In this document: positions 17,303-29,805 of the stretch, piece by piece
How positions within the stretch are numbered: position 1 is the stretch's first letter
Layout of the letters: each line of letters starts with the position of its first letter
Program-made: the position numbers and the translations under genes
The notes under the pieces: model-generated
What the model was told of the DNA's origin: nothing
Seen by the model: only the letters and a program-made list of their open reading frames with translations
Database searches by the model: none
Source: the human T2T-CHM13v2.0 reference genome, Homo sapiens
Reading direction: 5' to 3' (one strand)
DNA length: 64,000 bases
Assembly: GCF_009914755.1 (NCBI RefSeq)
Contig: NC_060931.1

Positions 17303-20036
17303 TCACTGTTTCTAGTCTTAAAACATTACCTCTGGATTACTAAAAGAAAGCCAGGTCATTCTATTGAATTTCTAAGAGAAAGACAAGAATAAGCAGGGAG
17401 CTATTCTCAAGCTCACAAATAATAGTTTTGCAAAGGTTTATGGACTTGTTTGGATCTCCTCACTCCAGCTCTTACTGCAATTCAAGACTAACAGCCTAGG
17501 AAGCAAGAGACCTAGCAAAGCCCCCAGGGTGTGACCCAACATCAGTCTTTCTGGTTAAACAATCTAATTTTCAAAGGGCGGAAAAAAACAAAGCATTTCT
17601 GATTGGCTCATCAACTGTTCTCCAAAGATGTAAAAGACAGTCTGGATGAGAAGAGAACTAAGAGCTCAGGGAACTGTCACTGCCTTTGCAGTTTGGTCAA
17701 GACAAAACTGTTCATTTATGCCTCTTAGGCATTTTTGTCTCTCACAGTCTCAAGATGACACTTGGATAGTAAGAGAGAGAAGTATGAGCAAGTGTACCTA
17801 TTAAATATGTAAAATATACATCCTCTCTTCCATTCACTCAGAAGATGTATTTCTAAAGGGATGTGGAAAGTCACCTAATATAAAGACAGACAGGTAGAAA
17901 AAAAATCTATGCAGTTTTTTAGCACACAAGAATGCAAGTGGGCTTAGCACAACAGCCTTCCACAGAAAATAAATGCAAGCCAATTAAAAATTCAGGGTTT
18001 TTTCTTTAAGCTAATTCCTCAGGTTTTGCTAATTAGCAACCAATAGTTCTGTCATCTGAGCTGGGGAACATAGGAAGAATACCAGTGGTATGTTTTCAAT
18101 CAAAGCATTTGCATGGAAGAATGAATCATATTTTCCATGAAGAACTACTGCTTAGGAGCAGTTGGGGGCAGAAGAAAAGCAGCCTTCACACAACTATAAA
18201 ACTGTAAAGGAGACCTGAAATTTTTTAAAAAGCAGGCATCTTTCTGCTCCCTTTACCAAAGCCAGCAGAGACCCTATAATATGACATGACTAGTGAATCC
18301 GAGAAACTTTGCACAAAGATCCCTGCAGGAAGAGTTTAAAAACTAGACTCTTGACAGTAAGACAGAAGACAATGCAACACATGTTTTCTGTAAAAGGGAA
18401 GCGAATAAAAGTTAAGTGTCGGCCAGGGTACAGGAATGCTTTAACTATTATGTCACCTGCCTTTGAAAGTTTATAGAAGATAAATGCATGGCAGTCAATG
18501 AAAGCAGGGAGAGATGGCGGTTAGAAATACCTGGCTACAGACAGAGCATGGGCAGAAGAAAATTGCTGAGGAATCTTTGGGCAGAGGATGGGGCTTCTTA
18601 CCCTGACTCTGATACAAGATCAGGTCCTCCAATCTAACCCCTACCACGCTCCCCCAAATTATAAAGCGCCAGTGATCCTGTAGCTGAAAGCCTGTCAACA
18701 CCACGCCATGTCTGAGTCATGCATCTAAAACGTCTACTTTTGCGCCTTGATATACAGCCCGTCCACTGCGACCCTTCATGAGAGAATACCCCCGTATCCC
18801 CCCGGGAGATTTTATTCTAAACATATGCTGTGAATGTTTGAAGTGCCCGCTGTCCCTGAGTTTTCTTTTTTCTTTTTTTTTTAAGCCACAAAACCTAAAA
18901 TACTTTGATTTTTGCCTAACTACAATTTCTGAAGATGCAACATTGCATACCCAAATATAATAAAATCTTGTGCAATAAAAATTTTACAGATGTCCTTCTG
19001 AAGGGGAAAAAAAAACAAAAATGGTTTTCCCTTTTCCGGTCTTACAGGAAGCCTGCCCACACTTTAGAAATACAAAGTTCATATATATAGAAACACAAAT
19101 TAGGCATCTTGGAGAGTCTACAATTTCCAACCACAGAGAAATGAAGGAATTGCTGTGAGTGTTCACATGGCCAGCCCACTGGATTAGAGGAGTCTTTTCT
19201 TTTGACCGGCTCAGCAGAGCTAGCAAATAACTCAAGGGCAAGGGGACTGGCCTAAAAAGATGTTTCTGAACTTGAGCTACTGAAGGTCTGCAATGCGCTT
19301 GTATTGTTGACAGGGCCCACGACTGAGACAAGCTATGCCCACAAGATAAACAAATGTGACCAAAACTGTATGTCTCATTTTAAAAAGAGGGCATTTCTTC
19401 ATACACTAAAAAATTCATGGAAAATTTATCACCTTCAATTCACATCAATCATTAGCTTTGCCTGGATAATTAAATCCATGTGAGCAGATAGATTTTATTA
19501 TAAAGTATCTCAAAAAATACTTGTGATACTGGCAGGAGATTAAGTAATCCAACAGAGTTCTAAAGAAAAAGTAAAGTCATATCCCATATGATGCTGAGGC
19601 TTAGTTTAGGATGTCTTTAAATATTCAATATGAATAAATAATACTATATCTTTTATGTTCCTGCATGTATTAAAGTTTGCATTTGTTACATAAAACACTT
19701 TCTGCTAAGAATTTAAAATGTTAACACTTCTCAAACTCATTTAAAATCTTTACAATTTCTTCACTTACAAAACAGAAAAAAGTTATAGTCGATCTACTGA
19801 GGTTGACTGAGAAAAGATTATGTTCAGAAGGCCACAGTGCACAGCTCTAACGACACCACAGTTACAGGTTTGCAGTTTGCTCAATTCTTAATCTGTGTTA
19901 TAGAAGAAACTGGTCTCAGGCAAGCAGGTGACCAGGTCTGGCAAGAAAGAAAGAAAAAAAAAAAAAAACAGTCTACACTGAATCAAATACAAGTGCAACC
20001 CTCACAAACATGACTTAGAGAGTCAACTTATCACAT

Positions 20037-20122
20037 ATTGATGATGATGATGAGGAGGAGGATGATGATGTAGAAGAGAAGGAAAAAAAGAGGAGGAGAA
20101 GGAGGAAGAGAAAGCAGAGAAG
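20037..20122. repeat. (GAT)n/(GAG)n purine-rich low-complexity tract
   Basis: Directly visible. Confidence 0.85.
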
Positions 20123-20124
20123 AA

Positions 20125-20345
20125 CTACCTTAATACATTTGAGGCACTTAACATGTGCCAGAGATTTTAGTTAATACTTTATTTGCATTGTCTCAATTTC
20201 CACAAGAACACCATGGAGCAGGCAGTCATATTATCACCCTATCCCACAGTGAGGAAAGGATTCCTAGAGGGATCAGCACACTTGTCAAGGTCACACAGCT
20301 AGCAAGTGACAAAGCTGGACCTTGAACCCAAATTCCCAAGTGTTG
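20125..20345 (-). mobile_element. MIR
   Basis: CATTTGAGGCACTTAACATGTGCCAG...CTTGTCAAGGTCACACAGCTAGCAAGTG...CTTGAACCCA. Confidence 0.8.
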
Positions 20346-20349
20346 AGCC

Positions 20350-22250
20350 AATCTGTGCAGTCTTTAGGACTTCCCATCCATATTATCTATATAATAATGT
20401 AATTTATGACCAATTTAGGGAGTACATTGGGATGGTAGGTCAAAATTGTATTTGCCATTTGGTTACAGAGAACTTATACAGTTTATAAGTTATCACATAA
20501 TTTTAACACTGATTTGGACAATATTGTGGGAGAATGTAACGAATAATCCACTATGAATGCTGTAACCTCAAAACAGAGTGATGATGAATGAATTCAGATC
20601 CCCCTAAGAGCTCTCCCGTGCCCATCATTAGTTAATAGGACATTGGAGGTCCAGGAGATGGGTCCCACTTGCACCGCTGAAGGAAGACAAGGGTCCCAGG
20701 TGTAGAGAGCTCCCAGCCCCTCAGAGGACGGGAAGATTCAATGGGGGAAACCGTTAAAACAAACGAACCAAGAACAAGCTGCAAGTTGAATGGCACAGAG
20801 AGAAAGTTAACGGTTATCTGCTCACTACTGTCAGCCAAAAAAGAAGTACTCTTCAGCTGTCCTGACTAATTAAATACCTCACTAATTAGTGGGCATCTTG
20901 AAAAGACAACAAAACATAAATATGAGATGGGAAAAGTTTGTGTTCACACATAAGAACAAAAACAATGCAGGGAGCTTTGGCTAAGAGTCTAGCCTGAATT
21001 TTTCTTAAAAAGTAAGTCTACTACTGGGGTCTATAAATACAGGTAGAAAGCATGTAGGAGTCCCTCACATTTTCTGCATGGATGATGTTTAAAAGAGACT
21101 CACAAATAAAAATACAATGCAGAAAACTTAGGAATGTGCTCAGAGAAAAAGCCTACCAAGGCTATTTTAAACCTTCATTACTAAAAGGAAAGATGAATAA
21201 AATAAAACTAAGTAAACCCTGAATGAAGGAAGGAACAAGCCCAATAGCCTTCCTCCTTATTTCTGTATCTGCAGAAATAAGATGGACAAGCACTTTTGAA
21301 ACAGAGAAGTTGTAACCTTTTTCAAAAGCTTAGAAGAATCCAGAAAACTACCCTCCGTGCTTCTGACCACTTTTTAAAAAATGCTCTCTCCACTTAAAAA
21401 AAATAATGTAGCTTCCATCTTTTCCAACAATATAATCTGGTTGGGGGGGAGGTGGTGCGGGGTAGCGGTTGCTGAGACTTAAGGTTATGCGAGGCCCTTT
21501 GATCTGAGGAGTGAGCATTCCCCTTTGCTGCAAGCCAACTAATGAAGGGATGAAATTAGCTTTTATCCTGGGCACTTTCTTGAGCAAAAAAACATGCACT
21601 AATCAGCTGTCCTCACTAATCAGTCATCTGGCTAATGACCTTTTGCCTTAAAACACTAAAATTTCTGAATGATGTGGAAAAGGGGAAACACAAACCAGTC
21701 CCCCTCACTGGAGCTCAATGGATCATCTGGAATTGGAGCCGGGAAGGTTAAATGGCAAGTCTGAATCCTGGCAAGGTGATAAATCTGTAATCAAGAGCTG
21801 CAAGCTTTGGCACCTCAATATGAACTTCATTACTCCACAACCAAATTGTATTTTTTTAACTAGAAACAGGTCAGAAATAAACTCAACCCTTATACATTTT
21901 TCTTTATATTCTGCCGTTGGAGAAAACCATCCCATACATGAGTTCAGAGTCCTAGTTAATTTCTTAAACGTGATTAGTGCTGAGAAAGGAGCTTCTGATG
22001 TGTCTGGCACGCTGGTTAGAGAGGAAAATACAGCACAAAGGAAAATCTTCCATTTTAAGGAATTTAGCACAGATTTGTTAAAAGAGGTTTGTTTTTACAA
22101 ACCATCAAAAATGGGAATAGGCAAAATCATTACATTAAAAAATCATTAAAAATGGGAATTGCGGCTGTTGAGCACTTCTCTTAATGCAGCCTGCTTTCAT
22201 AACTTCATAACAACAAATTTTTCTCCTGCAGCATCTGTTTGGATGGAGTA
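20350..22250. promoter_or_regulatory. Candidate intronic enhancer (probably the GLI3 limb enhancer VISTA hs1586)
   Basis: Repeat-free. Clustered CTAAT homeodomain cores, CAGCTG and CATCTGG E-boxes (20854, 21604, 21625, 21724), and TCF/LEF site CCTTTGATC (21496-21504). Identity with hs1586 rests on my recollection of its position next to exon 3; boundaries approximate. Confidence 0.6.
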
Positions 22251-22458
22251 ACTCTAGTTCTACTTCTCAACAAAAGTCTCATGTGGATTAGTCACAAATG
22301 GACCACTCTCCTGAAGGCCGCCCCACTGAAGACTGATGTTGCTTAGAGACGTAAGAAAACATCTCTCTCTAAAAAGAATGGGAAAGAAGTAGGGAAAGTA
22401 AGAAGGAAAGTGGAAAGAAAATTACACCTTTTAATAAATTATACAAGCCAAAACTTCA

Positions 22459-22830
<372 letters not shown>

Positions 22831-25800
22831 CTACTTTAAGGAGCAATTAAAAAACCATGATCAATTAGGTCTCATTCTCGATATCCCTCTCCCGGAAAAG
22901 AAGTATCTTTCTCATTCACAGCAACTTTGAGAGCTACAGGGCTGGGATGGGATCTTTGCAGACAAAATTGTTTATGAATGAGGGTCCAAAGTACACAAAT
23001 ACACAGGGAAGGATGAAGGAGAGCAGGAAATGAGCCTATTAAACTGAGATGTAGGGGTCGGCAAATTGGCATCACCAGCTTCTAGATGGGTCTGCCCATG
23101 AGGTTTCTGCTCATGGGCTGGCCAACATATTGCAGGTCCCACGTGGAACTGAAACCTTTGCCAATCTAAGACTGTGCATGTCCAGCTTCCCTTTGCCTGC
23201 CTGGGGACGCGGGGCCTCCGGGGTGACACAAAGTCCTTCCAGCTACCCACTGAGGCTCTGGTTGCTACAGGGGATGTAGGGCCTTTGCTCCTAGAGAATG
23301 ACCTATTAGGAAGCTATCCAAAAGTTTATGCTGTTTTGTTGTTTTAAGTCAGATTTGTAACCCAGCAAGAGATTTGACAGAGCCAAAAATGGAACAGAAA
23401 ACTCATTGGTGAAAAGGGATAAAGGTGCCAATCATGAAAACCTACAGAGCCTCTCGTGAGATACTTCCTGCTTCTGTCCATACAACAAAGCTGAGACCTA
23501 AGAGGAACACAGAGTGAGACTGAAAGTCCAGGTGTGAGATGGCTCTGAGGGTGAGGAAGGAAGGTGTGGGGGATGTTGATATGTATCCATGCTCTGATGG
23601 GTCCATACATTTCTTCAAACATGTAAGAAACAGCTTGAAGAAATTCCATATACAGCGGGTATTCCAGTTTCCTAATACTTCAGTTCCCTTCGATCAGTAA
23701 GAACTTTCCATTTCTCCACTATGGTTCTCTGCAAATGTGATTGGATGACCTTTCTATAATAGCAGATCAAAGAACCCATGCATAAAATTAAATCACACTG
23801 CCTATGTGAACCCACAACAAGTGGACCAATTCATCTCTTTGAATCATACATGAACTCTAAACTACATGCTCCTAAACAAGTTCCACATTTAATCAACAGA
23901 CTGTGCTCTGGCAGATAAGTGCTGATGGAAAGAAAGCTGCTGTCCAGGTACCACTTAGACATCTAATGTAAAAACCGTTTCCTATTCCTATCTTAAAAAA
24001 AAACTGTATTTGGGTATAAATAATAATATTGTTGTGCATTTTAGATAAATAGATCTTGAGCACATCTTATTCTCATATACAAATTTATCTTCAAAATAAT
24101 CCATAAAGCAGATATGATTAACTAAGGGCTCCCCCAATAAACATAAGAATAATGCTTTAGCAGTTTCATAACTTTGTTCAAATTCAGAAGAAAGTAGAAC
24201 TGTAAACACAGACTTGCATAAAAATACAAACCGAAAATAACAAATACTATTTATGTTGACTCAGGACTTGAACTACCTAAAGCCAGCAGCAAGTTTAGTC
24301 TTTCTGCCTGTGTGTAGGACTTGAAAACTAAGCAATATATTCCTTACCTTAGCAAATGACTTGCAGAACAGAAAAGACAATGAGTTATATTTTGGTCTTT
24401 ACAGAGAATTTGCTGACTACTACAAGGTAACTGTGAAATATTATTTTAATAATGTTTTGTGCAGATCCTCATCCCAAACTTTATAATTAAGGGGTAAATT
24501 ATATGTTTAATCTATCAAGTAAAAACAAAAACAAAAAAAATCCTGTAATCTCACATGTTCACATTGATCTCTATGAAAGCAATTCATACCATGCTCCTTG
24601 CAATTTTAAAACAAACTACAAAAGACAAAATACATTTTTATTTTCCCCTCTAACTAATATTTTTAGGCAGTAGGTCACCCTTGTACTTCATTAGCAGAAA
24701 ATTCACAGTCTATAGAATAAGAATTTTGCAGTTACGTAAAAGCAAAAGGGTGTCAAAAACACTAAAACTTATGTCAGTTTTATAAAAATTCCCATAACCT
24801 ACAAATGGCCCAAGTCATATTTTCCACTAATTTGTGCTCTGTATAAAGCCTTTATTTCAAACTTAAATCTGAAATGAACTTCTAGCACTGAGGTGCAAAT
24901 TCTGTAGAAAGGGACCTTCATTTGGAGGCCAGAAAACCCTTCCTCAGGGGGGCTCTGACACATAATTAGCATTCTCTGGGAAAGATGAATAACCAAACTC
25001 GGCTAACCTGTTCCAGGTTTAAAACAGGATTTCCTTGACTTAATTGTCCTAGAATAAATTAACTTTTCTTCTCTTAAAACGGCATCCCTATAATAAACCC
25101 TGTCTTAAAAACTACATGTTTATGATGAGCATTTGAATCCAACCTCACAAATAACTGAATAATGAATGGGTTATGGTCTGGCCAGAGACTCTTCCCACCA
25201 TTCCCCCAACCTCTTGAGAGAATAAACTCAGGAGGGTAATCGGGGCGGCGGAGTGGGGAGGGTGAGTGGAAATGAGGGTACCTTTTAGCTCAATGATTTT
25301 CTTAATGAGAGTTCACCCAACAAAAGTAAATATTAAAGTTATAACAAGAAGTAACCGAAGTGCACATTTTTAATATGGAAAAAATTAAATTAAAATTACT
25401 ATTCCCTTAGTAAAGTTAAATGCAGGCAGGAATTTTTTTTACGTGAAAACTTCCATCAGGAAACTTGCTTTTACAATAGTCAGTGCTACCCTAATTTTAC
25501 CCAACCACACCTCCCCGCTCCAAAAGGAAAACTCCAGCAGACAAATACTTCATGAAGTTTACCTCCTGTACCAAGTTGCTTTTGACGGGCATTCATATGA
25601 AAACCTGACAGTATACACACTCCACAATACAAACAGCTACGAGGCTTGAAAGCACTCTGTATACAGTGAAAGGGACACTTTCCAAGCAATATTCCTGCCT
25701 GCTCTTATAAATTTAGCAACCACTTCAGCAAGCCAAAAGACGAAAGCTGTCTAATCTTGTTCAGTTGAGCCGAGTTGTTCAATAAAGTTTGAGAGTCAGT

Positions 25801-26395
25801 GCAGACAGGCTACGCCAGGCCAAATTATTGACAGAAACACACTGTCCACCATGGCAACAGGCAGAAGTCTGCTGCAAAAATGTAAGCAAACAGCCCACTG
25901 CTCCAAGAGCATCTGCCAATGGACTTTAACAGCCAAACACAAGGCAACTGTTCCCGCTTCTCTATGTTTAACAGCTGCAAGCTCGGGGGTCAAACCGAAA
26001 CATGCAATTCACTAAAATCTTTCAGGAAAAAATGACTTTAAATACTGTCATCATAATCCCACTTTGTACCTCCTTCTCTTTTCATATCCATGCTCAAGTG
26101 GAAGTTAACAAATCCCTGCCCCCAGAGAGCTGCCCAAAGCATCACGTTTTAGAAACTGTCCCAGAATTTCCAAACTCATCCAAAAGCAAGTGACATCAAG
26201 TCAGATATTCTTGGTGCTAGAAACTCAGAAAAAAAAAAAAGTGGGGTCCTTGCAAGCAGTGCTTAGGACGTTTGCAATAAAAGTCTGGAGAAGGTAATCA
26301 CGTTGCTGCATGAAGCAGGACTCGAACACGCACTTGTGGGCGCTTGCAGACAGACATCTATCCGATTTCTCATGGTAACCGAGGGAACAGGTTTC

Positions 26396-26429
<34 letters not shown>

Positions 26430-26479
26430 TGTCCATGACTTGAAAGAAAAGTTTCAGGTGATTCCTTCAAGATAAAAAC

Positions 26480-27950
26480 AAAACTCTGCCAGGCATCACT
26501 AACTAAGGACACCTCCTGTCACCTAACAAAATTAGCTGATTAGGAGCTCACAGTACACGTGTTCACCCCCTTTTCCCACTTAACATTGATTTTCCCTTAA
26601 AACCCATTTTAATACCCACTACTCCTCTCTTGTCCCAAGACCTAGAAGATGCGGAGTATAAGAGAACAGACAATACTTACAACACAGTCCCCAGGCTCTG
26701 GCTAGCTACTTTGCGCCAACTTCTCTTGGTGAGCTCTCTCTAGCTGCGCAGACCCTCTAGGAACATTCTCGGTATCTCTCTGCCTCCCTCTCCCTCTCCC
26801 TCTCCCAGGCAATGCTGCTCCCATTAGAGGAATTAAAAGTGGTTGGAGCCATGCTAAATTTAACAAGCTCATTAGTATTCTTTCTGAGTGCTTCCGAGTG
26901 AACTCTCCCTATTCAAGCCTCTCTCTCCAGCAGAAGGGTCAGGCGGCTAATCATTAAATCAAACTAATGTCACCCCATCACAATCAGCCTGAGAGAAGGA
27001 GGGTTTATTATTTCAGTTTATGCTAAATAAACGGTTTTACAAATGGTCCCCAAGCAAGGTCAACAGCAGCTTCAATTACAAGACAAACTTAACAAGAGTT
27101 GCTATAAACCAAGTACTCTGTATTGACTTAAGAACAGGCTCCACTCCACATATTGCCACTAGCAGGATTGTACAGGAATGCATATTGTAAAATAAAGGAA
27201 GGGGTGAGCTTTTTTCTTTGCCAGAATTTGCGAGTGCACAGCGACTCCTCATTCACCTCTCTCCAACCAGCTAGCCGCTCAGCTCAATTCACCCCACACA
27301 AAGGCTGGAGCCTAGACCTCAATGGACCGAGTGAAACATGTTCAAAACTAGGCTCTCTATTGTGACTGAATTTCTTAACATCTTTTCAAAAAGCGGAGAA
27401 TGCCTTGAGGCTAAAGGAAGAAACAGGCTAATGGTGAATTGGGAATTCTGAGCAAATTTCAGAGCCCTTTCCTCCTAGCTTTTGAGGTTGAAAGCAAGCT
27501 CTTTCCTTTCAAGTTTCAAAGTCCTTTTTCCTCCCGCAGTGTCACAGAAGGATTTGAAAAGAAGGTAATTGTGCTCGCAGTCTCCCTGATCAGAGCTTAC
27601 GTCCTATTTCTGGTATTTCGGAATACTTCTTGCAATAATAGTGCATATAGCTCAATCCCTTAACCGGCCTGCACTCTGCAATTGCTCATTAAATGAACAA
27701 TTGCGGGTATAAAATGCCTTTTATGTTCAAGGTCTGGATATAAGATAAGCATTCTAGGACTCTAAATTTGGTTTACTAAGGAAACTCTCCATCATTAAAT
27801 TACAAAACTGAAGTCAGAATATCAGGCTTTCCCAGAAAAGTGGCACTCAGGTTGCAGCCAGCCAAAATGAAGGGAGGATGGGGCGGGCAGGGAGGAGGCA
27901 ACAAAATGTTAAGGGGGGGTGGGGGGAAAGACCGGAGGATACTCAGATTT
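26480..27950. promoter_or_regulatory. Candidate intronic enhancer block (probably VISTA hs111 / the ultraconserved GLI3 intron-2 element)
   Basis: Repeat-free and dense in TAAT/ATTA cores. ATGCTAAAT twice (26851, 27020), TTCAAAG TCF site (27515-27521), AACAAT SOX site, 27-bp palindrome. Identity recalled from position, not verified. Confidence 0.6.
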
Positions 27951-28159
27951 CTAGCCAAATGAGATTCTAACAAGAAAATACTATTTCCATATTTAAGGTC
28001 TGAGTTTGTGAAACCTTGTAACTTCTATATTGAATGATATAATAAAGTCACGTTCAAATGAATTAAAATACAGGACTGAGGCTCCATAAATATGTTGTTG
28101 ACTAATCTGGACCCCTCACAAGCAAACATCTTCCCCATCCTTAAGAAAAGAAATAACCC

Positions 28160-28310
28160 TTTCCCATCATTATTTACATCATCTCATGTGATCCTCACAG
28201 CAACCCAATGATGGCGGTAGGACAAGGTATTAGGCCCAGCTCAGAAACTAGCCGTCATGTCCCAGGTGAGTAAGTGATGCAAAGAAACTTCCCAGTATGC
28301 TTTACTGAAT
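28160..28310 (-). mobile_element. MIR fragment
   Basis: ATCTCATGTGATCCTCACAGCAACCC..TGA resembles MIR. Confidence 0.5.
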
Positions 28311-29397
28311 CCACACCTCCCTGTCCCCTGTTAACAGGACAAGAGCTCTGTTCCTGGGTAGGCTTTTGGAATGATACCTGGATATGTGCCCCAACATCCA
28401 CTACTACCACCAGTAAAAAGAAAAAAAAAAAAAGAAAAGGAATGACATTGCTATGCACAGAAAATTTCAAAACTGAGACACTCTCCCATTAAGTTTTTGA
28501 CAACATAAATCCACTCCTGGGAAACACCGACAGAAGCCCAAATGACAAATCTATGGGGAGACACTGGACCCACGTGGAGGACCCGCACAGGTGCAATCCT
28601 CCCCCTACCATGCACAAAGATACACACAGGCCCCACTCAGCACTGCACACCCTCTCCACCGCACTCCAGGACTCGGCCAGGGGCTTTGTGTGTTCCAGGC
28701 ATTTTTAATGTGTCTCCAGAAGCTTGGGGCCCCACCCTCCTGTCCTGAACAAGACACAGAGCATAATCGTCTCTCCTTTCCTCCCAGGAAATTGCTTCGC
28801 TGTGTTTGCAAAGAGCATTATTTCATTTTTTTCCTATTATTCATTTGTTGCATCTTATCAGCTTTTATTTCTTTGGTTATTTACATGTTGATGCTCTTTG
28901 AATAAAAACCAACGGAATCCAAGTCCTCGCTCCCTGTTTCAGAATTCTCCCCAAGACTGACCAAAGAGAGATCAGAAATGAAAAAGAGAAGAGGCTAAGT
29001 ATATTCAAAAGCATTGCAGAATTACGCTAGGAAGGGGGAATAAAGTTCCTGTAGTTTTAAAAAGCAGAATATTTCCTCTTTCCATCTAGATTGCAGTTCT
29101 GCCAAAGCCAGGGGCTGCTCCCTAGAATGTCTAGAGCTTGGCTTCCAAAGGGCGTGAGCAAACAATGCCCACTCTAAGAACATTTCCAATACCCTCGGGG
29201 TCAGACTTTGCCCTTGTGCAGCTACACATACATCTCCCATTGACAATGACGGATGACAGAGGGAGGGGCCCAGATGGATCAGGAGAAAGCACTCAGCTTT
29301 GTTTGCAACCTTTAAACTGCACTGCCAGGCCTGCAACATGAGAGGGCTGCAGCAGAATTTGAAGCCTTGGGGAAATTCAAGTGACAACTCTCCCTCA

Positions 29398-29805
<408 letters not shown>

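Noticed and set aside
18630-18810. Small CpG-enriched patch with an AP-1 motif (18713-18719) as an internal promoter or CpG island
   Set aside because: Too short and not GC-rich enough; AP-1 heptamers occur several times in the window at about chance frequency.
21718-22149. Overlapping ORFs on both strands (143 aa plus, 115 aa minus) next to the exon
   Set aside because: No similarity to GLI3 or any protein I recognise, and lengths are compatible with chance. The region is better explained as regulatory DNA.
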